A DNA stretch of 64,000 nt from Myxococcota bacterium (GTDB lineage Bacteria > Myxococcota_A > UBA796 > SXON01). Every line of letters begins with the position of its first letter. Position 1 is the stretch's first letter. The DNA is taken from assembly GCA_040386535.1 (NCBI GenBank), contig JAZKFH010000046.1:1-64000 (forward strand), given 5' to 3'. The notes under the pieces were generated by a model. It searched no databases. It was not told where the DNA came from and saw nothing but the letters and a program-made list of their open reading frames with translations. The position numbers were made by a program, and so were the translations under genes. Below are positions 36,401 through 45,530 of the stretch, piece after piece.

Positions 36401-36536
36401 CGGGGGGCTCGGTGTCGGTGGTGTCGACGGGGCCGGTGTCGCCGTGGCCGGTGTCCGCGGAGTCGTCCGTGGCCGGCTTGGGAGAGGGCCCGCACCCCGC
36501 GAGCAGCACCAGGGCGAGGAAGGAGCGACACGGCAC
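33411..36536 (-). CDS. CotH-family kinase lipoprotein with lamin-tail, F5/8/fucolectin-like and Fn3-associated domains
   Basis: LLAGC; ISEVMSDN..DWIELYN; NVALDKPATQSS..WWEVDL; YTTDGSAP; KKHSFRL..LYLNGLYWGLY..WDME. Confidence 0.85.
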   Translation of the reverse strand: MPCRSFLALVLLAGCGPSPKPATDDSADTGHGDTGPVDTTDTEPPDDTAPDDTAPVEPGAIVRISEVMSDNSGALDAADGTSPDWIELYNPGPDPVDLAGWTLADGGASGTLAGTLGGGAFVVVFASGDGAGEGELHVPFKIDAAGETITLARPDGSVADEVDVPALPEDVSWGFAQDVVTTTLATDGTPARLGTDAPAGWTAPAFDDTAWAAVLLGVGFDGGATDATPGNVALDKPATQSSEWGGYPAGYAADGVPGTFTHTATGDFSPWWEVDLEADHVVSAVALSNRLDCCGERLYNVVVTALDADGLVVWSSDVLNPVAADATPTNPGDRFTFEVTPPVIARTVRVSKTAVGGTYSSEWLTLVDVDITGTPASPYASAITTDIAGAPAYVRAPYTLAVAPTRATLTVAYDDGFAAWIDGVPVASANDGGTFATAAHDGATAEVFVLDPRAFAAGPGVFALAGLNVAADDDDLLLRPTLVAETITDGDPAYFDTPTPGAPNGAGFAGFVDAPIITPARGFYDAAFTATLTAPPGATLVYTTDGSAPTLDHGTVVAATDAGAVTERTVSTTALLRAATFRDGYAASDIVTHTYLFLADVVQQPAAPAGLPAVWDSASEEPVSGDYEMDPEVVDADPAAIIEALRSIPTLSIVTDPDALFGTTGLYENSTERGDAWERAASAEWILPDGSTAFAEDCGLRVHGYGWRYHSNTKKHSFRLEFSREYGAPKLEYPIFPDAPVDRFDSIVLRAGGSKTWLDFRDPAQAQYLHDSFARDTARDMGKLDGHATYVHLYLNGLYWGLYNPVERPEAGFGEEYLGGDADEYDAINRRTSTNEAVDGTLDAYNELLARAEADLTDASAYAAVEEMLDLDALIDYMLINQYTVNRDGPCCFESNNMRGLRRRVDGEQFRFFVWDMEYSLWGASDDGFVDIDVAGSISHVYTRLRDNADFRARFAARAREHLEGEGALTPAKAAARYEARADEIYAALLAESARWGDTYRTVPYTRDVEWQIEYDRLMTEFFPERTAALIDQLTAAGLYE

Positions 36537-36574
36537 GGGCGGCCCGGGTGAGCGGCCAGGGTACCGGAGGTGTG

Positions 36575-38329
36575 TCACACCACGAAGTACATCTCCCGCT
36601 CGCGCACGTCCGCGTCCCGACGGGGGCAGACCGGGCAGTGGTCGGTGATGAGCGCGTAGGCGTACCGGACCGCCAGCGACGTGCTCGTCATGCGGACGGA
36701 CTGTTCCAAGAAGAGCTGGTCCTCGGGGAGCTTCTCGGCGATGCCACACCGCGCGAAGCTCTCGTGCATCTCCTTGCGGACACCACACATCACCACCGTC
36801 ACGCCCCGCGCCTTCATGCGGTCGAGCATCCCCTCCAACAGGGACAACCCGACGGCGTCGGGGCGCCGCGCCCGCTTCATCCGGAGCACGATCACCTTGG
36901 TGTCGGGCGTCACGCGCGCCTCGATGGCGTCGAAGTGCTCCTCGATGCTCGAGGCCGACCCGAAGAACATCTCGCCTTCCAGGCCGAAGAGCAGGATGCG
37001 GCCACACACCTCGTCGGACGGCATCCGCTCGTGGATCCCGCCGTCGGCCGCCACCACGAACTCGGTGAGCAGCATGTTCCCGGTGCGCGGCACGGCGAGC
37101 ATGAACGACAGGAAAACGCCGATGAGCACGCAGAACTCGATCGAGATCGCGATCGCGGCGAGGGCCGTGGCGGCGACGATGACCGCGTCGAAGCGGGACG
37201 CGCGCACGTGGTAGCGCAGGTCGTGGAGGTTCACCATGCGCAGCGCGGTGAGCATCAGGATGCCCGCGAGCGCGGCGCGCGGGATGTACATGGCGTAGGG
37301 CGCGAACGCCATCATGATGAGCGCGACGGCCGCGGCGGAGACGATGCCCGACCACTGGGTGCGGGCGCCGGCCTGCTGGTTGATCGCGGACCGGGTGAGC
37401 GAGCCCGACCCCGGCATGCACTGGAAGAAGCTCCCGGTGAAGTTGGCGACCCCCTCGGACAGGCACTGTTGGTTCAGGTCCAGCTTCTGGCGTGTCACCG
37501 CCGCGATGGCCTTTGCCATCGATACCGCTTCCAACAGACCGAGGAGCGCGATGGCCAGGGCGCTCGACGCCAGGTCCCGCATCTGCGCGACGTCGAAGTG
37601 GGGGAGCTCGAAGCTCGGGAGCCCGGCGGGGATGGTGCCGATCACCTTGACGCCCTGTTGATCCAGGCCGAGCGCCGCGGTCAGCGCCGCCATGCCCACG
37701 ACCACGAGGAGGAGCTCGGGCACGAGCGCCCACCCCATCCGCGCCTTCACCCACCGGAGGGCGACGACACACACGATCGAGGCGAGCCCCACGAGCAGGG
37801 TGGGCGTGTGCACCGCGCCGCCGGTCGTGAGGGTCTGCCAGAAGCGGGACAGGAAGTGGTCGTGAACGTCGCCCATGGCCTTGAGGCCGAGCAGGTTCTT
37901 CGTCTGGTCGAGCACCAACAGGACGCTCGCGCCCGCGGTGAAGCCGACGATGACGGAGTGGGAGATGTACCGGGTCAGGTCGCCCAGGCGCAAGAGGCTG
38001 ATCCCGAGCTGGATCGCGCCGATGAGGAACCCCATCAACACGGCGGCCTGGATGCGCTCCTCGGGGCTCTCGAAGTGCCCGACGGCGCTCAGCAGCGCGA
38101 TCGAGATCGCGTTGGTCGGCCCGTTGATGAGCTGGCGCGAGGAGTCGAGCAGCGCGCCCACCGCGGTCATCACGATCGCGGTGTAGAGCCCGTACTCCGC
38201 GGGGAGCCCGACGATGAGCGCGTACGCCATGGCCTGGGGCACGGCCACCGACGCCACGGAGAGCCCGGCGAGCAGGTCGGCGCGGGCGTCCTGGAAGGTG
38301 TAGGTCCGCAGGGACTCGAACGCGGGCAC
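36575..38329 (-). CDS. SulP family anion transporter with STAS domain
   Basis: DLLAGLSVASVAVPQAMAYA..GLYT..GPT, GSLTRSAIN, GEMFFGS. Confidence 0.93.
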   Translation of the reverse strand: MPAFESLRTYTFQDARADLLAGLSVASVAVPQAMAYALIVGLPAEYGLYTAIVMTAVGALLDSSRQLINGPTNAISIALLSAVGHFESPEERIQAAVLMGFLIGAIQLGISLLRLGDLTRYISHSVIVGFTAGASVLLVLDQTKNLLGLKAMGDVHDHFLSRFWQTLTTGGAVHTPTLLVGLASIVCVVALRWVKARMGWALVPELLLVVVGMAALTAALGLDQQGVKVIGTIPAGLPSFELPHFDVAQMRDLASSALAIALLGLLEAVSMAKAIAAVTRQKLDLNQQCLSEGVANFTGSFFQCMPGSGSLTRSAINQQAGARTQWSGIVSAAAVALIMMAFAPYAMYIPRAALAGILMLTALRMVNLHDLRYHVRASRFDAVIVAATALAAIAISIEFCVLIGVFLSFMLAVPRTGNMLLTEFVVAADGGIHERMPSDEVCGRILLFGLEGEMFFGSASSIEEHFDAIEARVTPDTKVIVLRMKRARRPDAVGLSLLEGMLDRMKARGVTVVMCGVRKEMHESFARCGIAEKLPEDQLFLEQSVRMTSTSLAVRYAYALITDHCPVCPRRDADVREREMYFVV

Positions 38330-38462
38330 ACGGCGGTACAGGTAGGCGAGGGCGGGCGTGGGCGCGGTGGTCAGGGGAGCTCCGACACCCGGGGGTCAGC
38401 AATCTCCATGCCATCGAAGAACGACCGGATCCCGCGGCGGATCCTGGGTTCCGCGGGAATCC

Positions 38463-38512
38463 GTCACGGATATTCCGTGATCTCGTCACGGGATCCCGTG
38501 ATGGGTCACGGG
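38463..38512. promoter_or_regulatory. Tandem palindromes TCACGG-N4/5-CCGTGA (operator-like)
   Basis: GTCACGGATATTCCGTGAT, GTCACGGGATCCCGTGAT and a half site GTCACGGG between divergent genes. Confidence 0.5.
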
Positions 38513-38576
38513 CAGCAGCGCCGGCTCACCGGGCCTCAGGGGGCGCTTCCGGCCCGCCCCGGCTACCTGGGCGCCC

Positions 38577-40115
38577 ATGGACATCGTGCTGGCCACCTTC
38601 AACGCGGGGTACATCCACGCCTCGTTCGGCTTGCGGTACCTTTTCGCCAACCTCGGCGCGTTGCAGCGACGCACGGCGCTGGTGGAGCTGGACGCCGCGA
38701 TGGCCCCGCTCGACGCGGTGGAGGCGCTCCTGGCGCGCTCGCCGCGCATCATCGGCCTCGGCGTGTACGTGTGGAACGCGACGCTCACCCTCGCCGTCGT
38801 CGAGCTGCTCAAGGCCCTCCGCCCCGACGTGAAGATCGTGCTCGGCGGCCCGGAGGTGAGCCACGAGATCGACGCGCAGCCGTTGTGTGCGTTGGCGGAC
38901 GTGGTGGTGGTGGGCGAGGCCGACCTCGCGTTCGCGCACATCTGCACGCGCCTGCTCGCGGGCGAGGCGGTCGAGCATGTCGTCCGCCCCGTGCTCCCCG
39001 ACCTCGCGACGCTGGCGCCCCCCTACGACCTGTACACCGCCGAGGACCTGGCCCAGCGCGTCGTGTACGTCGAGGCCTCGCGCGGGTGCCCGTTCCTGTG
39101 CGCGTTCTGCCTCTCGGCGCTCGACAAGGGCGTGCGCCGCTTCGACGAGGACACGTTCCTGGCGGCGTTGGGCGCGCTCCACGACCGGGGCCTGCGCAAC
39201 TTCAAGTTCGTGGACCGCACGTTCAACCTCTCGATCGGGAGCTGCAAGCGCATCCTCGGGTTCTTCCTCGAGCGGCTGGATCCGTCCCTCTTCGTGCACT
39301 TCGAGCTCATCCCCGACCGCCTCCCCACCGAGCTGAAGGCGTTGATCGCGGCGTTTCCGCCGGGCACGCTCCAGTTCGAGATCGGCATCCAGACCTTCGA
39401 CGCCGAGATTGCCGCGCGCATCGACCGGCGCCACGATCCGGTCCAGATCGAGGCCAACCTGGGTTGGTTGCGGTCTGCCACCGGCGTGCACCTCCACACC
39501 GACCTCATCGTGGGGCTGCCCGGCGAGTCCGTGGCGTTGTTCGGCGCCGGCTTCGACCGGCTGTTCGCGCTCGGGCCGCAAGAGATCCAGGTCGGGGTGC
39601 TCAAGCGCCTGCGGGGGGCGCCCATCGCCCGCCACTCCGTGCCGTGGGGCATGATCTACAGCCCCCGCCCTCCCTACGAGGTGCTCCAGACCGGCGCGAT
39701 CCCGTTCCTGGAGATGCAGGCGATGAAGCGGTTCGCGCGCTTCTGGGGCCTGCTCGCCAACTCGGGCCACTACCGCCACACCCTGCCGCTTCTCCTGGGG
39801 GACACCGGGGGGGGCGGCTCGCCCTTCGAGCGGTTCCACGCGCTCTCGGAGGCCCTCGGAGCGCGCTTCGGGCGCACGCACGGCATCGCGTCCAACCGAC
39901 TGGTCGAGGCGGTGTACGACCACGCTATCGCCACCGGCGTCGCCCCCGAGGTGCTCGGCCGCGCGCTGATCACCGACCTGATGAACACCGGCCGCCTGCC
40001 GCTCCCCGACCTGCTCCGCCCCTTCGCGACCGAGGCGGAGCGGCTCATCCGGAAGGCGCGGCCGGCGCCCCGGGACGGGCACGCGCGGCAGGAGGCGCAC
40101 GGATCGCGGGGGTGA
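38577..40115 (+). CDS. B12-binding domain radical SAM protein (DUF4080-type)
   Basis: IGLGVYVWN, VLGGPEVS, YVEASRGCPFLCAFCLS, FVDRTFN, EIGIQT, DLIVGLPGE. Confidence 0.9.
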   Translation: MDIVLATFNAGYIHASFGLRYLFANLGALQRRTALVELDAAMAPLDAVEALLARSPRIIGLGVYVWNATLTLAVVELLKALRPDVKIVLGGPEVSHEIDAQPLCALADVVVVGEADLAFAHICTRLLAGEAVEHVVRPVLPDLATLAPPYDLYTAEDLAQRVVYVEASRGCPFLCAFCLSALDKGVRRFDEDTFLAALGALHDRGLRNFKFVDRTFNLSIGSCKRILGFFLERLDPSLFVHFELIPDRLPTELKALIAAFPPGTLQFEIGIQTFDAEIAARIDRRHDPVQIEANLGWLRSATGVHLHTDLIVGLPGESVALFGAGFDRLFALGPQEIQVGVLKRLRGAPIARHSVPWGMIYSPRPPYEVLQTGAIPFLEMQAMKRFARFWGLLANSGHYRHTLPLLLGDTGGGGSPFERFHALSEALGARFGRTHGIASNRLVEAVYDHAIATGVAPEVLGRALITDLMNTGRLPLPDLLRPFATEAERLIRKARPAPRDGHARQEAHGSRG

Positions 40116-40124
40116 GGCCCTCCT

Positions 40125-42398
40125 CTACCTGCCCTGCAGGGAGACGACGTAGACGCTGCCGCCCACGTCGGTGGAGGAGGCCCCCACGATCGCGTCGGGA
40201 AACCCATCTCCGGTGACATCGGCGCCCGCCACCGACACGCCGGCGAGATCCCCCGCGACGACGCCGCGCAACGCGAACGTGGACTCCTGCAACTCGGCCG
40301 CGCCCGAGAGCAGGCCGTACCAGAGGAACACGTCGCCGGACGAGGTCTCCGAGCCGGGCGTCGAGCTGCCGACGAGCAGGTCGTCGACGCCATCAAGGTC
40401 GAAGTCGGCGGTCGCCAGCTCGAGGTTCGTGCCCCCGCTCCCGAGCAGCGTCCCGCTCGCGTCCCCGGTGTCCATGGTGCCGAGCGGCACGTCGAGGAAG
40501 ACGAACACGTGGCCGTCCGCGGTCAGGGCCAGGTCGCCGTCGCCGTCGCCGTTCAGATCGCCGAACGTGTAGCCGCCGGTGCCGTCGGTGATGAGGGAGT
40601 CGGCCTCCGCGGTGGTGACCACCCCGGACGGGGGCGGGCCGAACACCACCGCGGAGCCCTCCGCGACCCTGAGCACGAGGTCGTCGATGCCGTCCGCGTC
40701 GAGGTCGCCCACCGCCGGGCTCGAGCCGGGGATCTCCAGCTGGGCGTCCGCATCGGACAGGGACCCGGCCAGCGGGCTCGCGAACAACCAGGTCATGGTG
40801 ACGGGGTCGTAGACGTCGCGGCCCGAGACGAGCAGGTCGTCCGCGCCGTCTCCGGTCACGTCTCCGGCGGCGAGCCACCACGCCGGGGTCCCCATGGACG
40901 CGACATAGGTGCCGCTCGCCGAGTAGATGGCGACGTAGCCGGAGGAGTAGTACCCGCCGGGCCCCCCGCCGGCGATGTCGTCCAGCCCGTCGCCGTCGAA
41001 GTCGCCGAGCGCCAGCGCCACGCCCATGCCCTCGTACCAGCCGGCGTCCATGACCATGGTAGCGTCGGAGAGCACGCCGGAGGTGACCGGGCCCCGCGCG
41101 AGGCGCACCTCGCCGTCGGGGCTGGGGGCGCCGATGGCGAGGTCCACCAGGCCGTCTCCGTCGGTATCGCCGGCCGCGACCGCGTACCCGGCCTGCCCGT
41201 TCGTGTACCTGTCGGCGTCGATCTGCACGTCGGCGGTCGCGAGGCTGATCTCGGTGGCGGCGCACCCGTCGTCGGCGCCGTCACAGTCGTCGTCCACGCC
41301 GTCGTCGCAGGGATCGTCGGCGTCGGGGTGGATGGCCGCGGACAGGTCGTCGCAGTCGGTGTCGTCCGCGACGTGGCCCGACGGCGCGTCGCAGGCGAGC
41401 TCCGTGGAGAGGGCGCTGGCGTCGCCGAAGCCGTCACTGTCGGCGTCCGCGTACCAGGGCGAGGTGTCGATGGCGCCGAGATCGACCGTCCCGTCACAGT
41501 CGTCGTCACGGTCGTTGCACACCTCGGCGGCGGCCGGGGACACGGCCGCGTCGTCGTCGTTGCAATCGGTGGCGTCCGCGACCGTGCGCGCCGGCGCCGT
41601 GCACGCCACGGTGGCGACGGCGGGGTCGCCGAATCCGTCCCCGTCGGCGTCGGCGTACCAGGACGGCGCGTCAACGGCGTCGTCCTCGTCCACCACGGCG
41701 TCGCAGTCGTCGTCCATCGTGTTGCACACCTCTTCGCCGCCGGGGGACACGGCCGCGTCGGTGTCGTCACAATCGGTGGCGTCGGCGACCGCGCGGGCGG
41801 GCGCGTCACACGCCGTCGAGGCGGCGGCGGCGTCGCCGTAGCCGTCGCCATCGATGTCGGCGTACCAGGTCGAGGCATCCGCGGCGGACTCCTCGTCCAC
41901 CGTGCCGTCACAGTTGTCGTCAATCGTGTTGCAGACCTCTTCGCCACCGGGGGAGACGGCCGCGCTGGTGTCGTCACAATCGGTGTCGTCGACGACCGCG
42001 CCCGCGGGCGTGTCACACGCCACGAGGGCCGAACCCGGGTCGCCGTACCCGTCCCCGTCCGTGTCGGCGTGCCAGGTCGCCGCGCCGACGGCGGCGTCCT
42101 CATCCACCGTGCCGTCGCAATTGTCGTCGACCGTGTTGCAGACCTCGATCCCGTCGGGAGAGACCGCCGCGTTCGTGTCGTCACAATCGCCGGCGTCGGC
42201 CACCGTGCCCGCCGGGGCCGTACATTCGCGGTGGAACGACCCGGGATTGCCGTACCCGTCGGCGTCGGCGTCCGTGTACCAGACGAGCTTGTCGCACGTG
42301 GGGCCGGGCTCGATCTCCCCGGTGTCTTCGGGCGCCGCGGGGCCCTCGGGGCGGCAGCCGAGGGCGAGGAGGAGCGCCAGAAGCGAGCTTGTACGCAT
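40125..42398 (-). CDS. Lipoprotein with MopE-like repeats and FG-GAP (integrin-alpha-like) repeats
   Basis: LALGC; Cys/Asp repeats; GDTDGDGLVDLAIGAP, GDFDGDGLDD, DVTGDGFPDAIVGA. Confidence 0.87.
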   Translation of the reverse strand: MRTSSLLALLLALGCRPEGPAAPEDTGEIEPGPTCDKLVWYTDADADGYGNPGSFHRECTAPAGTVADAGDCDDTNAAVSPDGIEVCNTVDDNCDGTVDEDAAVGAATWHADTDGDGYGDPGSALVACDTPAGAVVDDTDCDDTSAAVSPGGEEVCNTIDDNCDGTVDEESAADASTWYADIDGDGYGDAAAASTACDAPARAVADATDCDDTDAAVSPGGEEVCNTMDDDCDAVVDEDDAVDAPSWYADADGDGFGDPAVATVACTAPARTVADATDCNDDDAAVSPAAAEVCNDRDDDCDGTVDLGAIDTSPWYADADSDGFGDASALSTELACDAPSGHVADDTDCDDLSAAIHPDADDPCDDGVDDDCDGADDGCAATEISLATADVQIDADRYTNGQAGYAVAAGDTDGDGLVDLAIGAPSPDGEVRLARGPVTSGVLSDATMVMDAGWYEGMGVALALGDFDGDGLDDIAGGGPGGYYSSGYVAIYSASGTYVASMGTPAWWLAAGDVTGDGADDLLVSGRDVYDPVTMTWLFASPLAGSLSDADAQLEIPGSSPAVGDLDADGIDDLVLRVAEGSAVVFGPPPSGVVTTAEADSLITDGTGGYTFGDLNGDGDGDLALTADGHVFVFLDVPLGTMDTGDASGTLLGSGGTNLELATADFDLDGVDDLLVGSSTPGSETSSGDVFLWYGLLSGAAELQESTFALRGVVAGDLAGVSVAGADVTGDGFPDAIVGASSTDVGGSVYVVSLQGR

Positions 42399-42416
42399 GG
42401 TGCCTCCTCGCTAACC

Positions 42417-43370
42417 CTACCGCGACAGCACCCGCCGCCCGCGCCGCCAGATCACGGCGTCGATGAGGTAGTGATGAAAGTTCACGCTCTGGTGGAGCAC
42501 CAGCGCGGCGGCGATGCCCACTGCGGCGAAGCCGTCAACCGTGAGGTTCAACACGACGTACCCGATGGTCGAGGCCGCGAGGCACACCGCGGCGTAGGCC
42601 ACCCAATTGCGCGGTTGACACAACCAAGCCAGTGAGCCGCGTGCCACGCCGGCCGCGGCGTCGGCGGGGGACGCGGCGTTCCGCGCCCAGACGAAGAAGC
42701 TGTATTGGGCATTGTGCCAGATGTTCACGAAGATCCAGCCGCGCGTGATCTCGGTGACGGCGATGTAGCTGACGAACGTGATCGCCACGTGGGAGAGCAC
42801 GAACCACGCGTGCCCGGAGCGATCCCACCGCGCCCGCACGGTCCAGGCGACGAACAGCACGACGGCGAACAAACCGGCCGCGTTCGAGACGAACTCGGGT
42901 ACCGCGGGCAACCACAACGGCCCGCCGAAGAAGTTGGTGCTCCCCGCCCGCGCCCCGTGTTGGGCGCACCGGTGCAGCCACCCCCAGATCGGGAACACGA
43001 AGACCACGGCATCCGTGAGCCAGTCGCGCGCCACGGCGCCCTCCGCGCGTTGGTAGGCGCGGGCGATTCCATAGCTTTGCCGCGTGTAGTGCCAGGACTG
43101 CCAGTGGTAGTACAGGGTGTTGAGCGCCGAGAGGCCACCAAACGCGGCGAGGCTCGCGGTGCCGAGCAGGACGAGCGGCGGGAGCCCCGTCCAGAGGAAC
43201 CATTGCCGCCCGGCGTGCGCGCGGTCCACCAGGATGCGCATCCACATCGACGCCACGTGCGGGTACGCGATCAGCCAGGTGTCGGCCCACAGGATCACGA
43301 GGAACCAACCCGGGCCCGCGTTGGCGGCCGACCCGAGCGCGAGCGCCAAGAGGAGTACGCCCCCGATCAT
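42417..43370 (-). CDS. Polytopic membrane protein of unknown function with conserved His motifs
   Basis: YPHVAS, WHYTRQSYGI, WHNAQY, FHHYLIDAVIW; the true start is probably upstream of 43370. Confidence 0.75.
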   Translation of the reverse strand: MIGGVLLLALALGSAANAGPGWFLVILWADTWLIAYPHVASMWMRILVDRAHAGRQWFLWTGLPPLVLLGTASLAAFGGLSALNTLYYHWQSWHYTRQSYGIARAYQRAEGAVARDWLTDAVVFVFPIWGWLHRCAQHGARAGSTNFFGGPLWLPAVPEFVSNAAGLFAVVLFVAWTVRARWDRSGHAWFVLSHVAITFVSYIAVTEITRGWIFVNIWHNAQYSFFVWARNAASPADAAAGVARGSLAWLCQPRNWVAYAAVCLAASTIGYVVLNLTVDGFAAVGIAAALVLHQSVNFHHYLIDAVIWRRGRRVLSR

Positions 43371-43476
43371 CCCCAGGTCGAAGCGTCGGTCTCGGAGCCA
43401 CGCTCCGTCGACCTTGCCGCCGTGCGTAGACGGCGCCGGGGCGAACGCGGACGCGCTCAGGGCCTGACCCTCACCT

Positions 43477-43791
43477 TCAGGTCACGACGGGGGGCCGCGG
43501 GGGCCTGGGCGGCTGGGGCTTGGGCGGCTCGGGCTCGGGCTCGGGCTCGGGCGGGACCGTCGGCGGATCGGTCGGCGGCGGGACCGGGGGGGCCTGCGGA
43601 TCGGTCAGCTCGGGGATCGTGGTCGCCGGAACCGTGGGCGCGGGGACCGGCGCCGTGGGCGGCGGCGGATCCGGCAAGGGGATCGGCGGCTCCTCGGAGA
43701 ACCCGCAGGCTACCGACGTGACGGCGATGGTCACCACCGCGGTGAGCAGGAGGCCGCGCGCGAATCGCGGCGCGGAGGCCGGGACGCTCAT
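43477..43791 (-). CDS. Small Pro-rich exported/lipoprotein
   Basis: Hydrophobic segment + SVAC, Pro-rich tail; ATGA overlap with the upstream CotH gene. Confidence 0.6.
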   Translation of the reverse strand: MSVPASAPRFARGLLLTAVVTIAVTSVACGFSEEPPIPLPDPPPPTAPVPAPTVPATTIPELTDPQAPPVPPPTDPPTVPPEPEPEPEPPKPQPPRPPRPPVVT

Positions 43792-45476
43792 CGCCGCGTG
43801 TCCACCGCCGCGCGGATCGCGTCGGGCTCGTCGAGCAGGTAGGTGCGGATGTACGCAAAGTCGGTCTGGTGCTGGGCGAACGTGTACCCGGAGAGGCCGG
43901 TCGTGGCGTCCTCCTCGGCGTAGGGCGTGATGAGGACCTCGATCTCGTCGAGCATCTCCTGCACGTGCATGCTGGTGTCCTCGTCGTCGCCCTCGATCGC
44001 GTCCGCCAGCTCTTCGAGGATGTCGAGGTAACGGTCCTCACACGTGTCGTTCGACAGGCACCACGACAGGATGGAGCCGCCGCACGTGAAGTACTCGTGC
44101 CCGTAGTTGTAGCCGAGGTTGTCGAACGTCAGGTCGAGGCTCGACGGCTGCATGCTGGCCCGGCCGGTGTCGTTGTCCCAATACACGCGGTAGTTGTGGG
44201 GCGAGCAGTAGCCGTCCCACTGGCCCACCGCGATCTCGACGGCGATGAGGCGCAGGGCGTTGTCGAGATCGAACACCTCTTCCAGCGCCTCGACGTTGCT
44301 GTCGGTCGCGCTGCCGTTCAGCAGGCTGGTGATCGGCGCGAGCACGCTCGTGTCGCAGGGGTAGCCCTCCTCGCAGTCCCAGGCGGGGCTGGCCGCGGTG
44401 ATGTCGCCGCTGCCGGGCTCCCAGAGGTAGCCGTTGCTGCTGCCGTACCAGCTCTCGAGGAACTCGTCGTCGTAGGCCTCGGACAACAGGTACAGGCCCT
44501 TGGGCTCGCCGTTCATCTCCAGCCAGGCGTAGCTGTTGCGGATGGCGGGAACGCCGAATTCGCGGAAGATGTGGTACGACACGTACTCGCGGATGTGCGC
44601 GGCGTCCCACACCATGTTGATCAGGTGGAACTTCTTCAAGCCGCGATAGCGAAGGTCGCCGAAGCGGTTGGTGTCGATCTTGAAGGAGCACTTCTGGTCG
44701 ATCGTGCGCAACGTGGACGAGCCGCGGATGCGGGCGCCGATGGGGTCGAGCTCCGTGCCGTCGATGGTGATGATGCCCTCGACGTAGGTGGCGTAGCTGT
44801 TGCGCAGGCCCGTCACCGCGGACTCTTCCAGCGTGAGCTCGATGGTGTGCACGCCGTGGAGGCCGAACACGGTCACGTCGGGGTCGAGCGTGTCGGAGGG
44901 GACGAACCCGTTGCTCTCACCGGCCGTGGTCCAAATCGTCGGCGCCCAGGAGCCGCCGTCGGGAAAACGCGCCCAGGAGATGTCGGCGTCGAGCTCACCG
45001 GTGGCGATGCGGTCGACCACCCACCCGTCGACCGCGAGGGTGATCGTGTCGCCGTTGGCGTCGAGCGTGAAGGGGGCGTGGTTGCCCACGCTGGTCTCGT
45101 CCGCGTAGACGAGCAGGAAGCCGCCCGGGAGCAGCTCACCCTCGATGCCCATCCACACGCGCCCGGAGCCGTCCGCCAGGGTGAGGCGATCTACCGCCAC
45201 GACCTCGGCCGAGTCGTTGTAGATCTCGATCCAGTCGGGGTACTCCCCCTCGACGTTGAGCGTGAACCCGTTCCGCGGCATCACCTCGTTCAACACGAGG
45301 TTGGGCGGCGGGTCCTCTTCCGGCAGCGGCACGTCGGTGTCGTCCGGCTCGTCGGTGTCGGGGCCGGGATCGGTGTCGTCGGTGTCCGTGCCCACCTCGT
45401 CGTCATTCAACGACGGGATGAACGAGGTCTCCGGCACTTCGGTGGGGGAGTAGCACGCCAGGAGCAGGGACAACAT
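43788..45476 (-). CDS. CotH-family kinase lipoprotein with lamin-tail domain
   Basis: MLSLLLAC; LNEVMP..DWIEIYN; RIRGSST..KCSFKI..GLY..E..WDGY..HNY..DLTF. Confidence 0.85.
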   Translation of the reverse strand: MLSLLLACYSPTEVPETSFIPSLNDDEVGTDTDDTDPGPDTDEPDDTDVPLPEEDPPPNLVLNEVMPRNGFTLNVEGEYPDWIEIYNDSAEVVAVDRLTLADGSGRVWMGIEGELLPGGFLLVYADETSVGNHAPFTLDANGDTITLAVDGWVVDRIATGELDADISWARFPDGGSWAPTIWTTAGESNGFVPSDTLDPDVTVFGLHGVHTIELTLEESAVTGLRNSYATYVEGIITIDGTELDPIGARIRGSSTLRTIDQKCSFKIDTNRFGDLRYRGLKKFHLINMVWDAAHIREYVSYHIFREFGVPAIRNSYAWLEMNGEPKGLYLLSEAYDDEFLESWYGSSNGYLWEPGSGDITAASPAWDCEEGYPCDTSVLAPITSLLNGSATDSNVEALEEVFDLDNALRLIAVEIAVGQWDGYCSPHNYRVYWDNDTGRASMQPSSLDLTFDNLGYNYGHEYFTCGGSILSWCLSNDTCEDRYLDILEELADAIEGDDEDTSMHVQEMLDEIEVLITPYAEEDATTGLSGYTFAQHQTDFAYIRTYLLDEPDAIRAAVDTRR

Positions 45477-45530
45477 GTGACCAGCTTAGCAGAGCCGACA
45501 CCCGATCGACACACCTGTTCTCGCGGGTGG

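Noticed and set aside
36537..38489. N-terminal 650-aa extension of the CotH ORF suggesting a SulP-CotH fusion
   Set aside because: It is a different frame over SulP; SulP has its own stop and CotH has its own lipoprotein signal at 36536.
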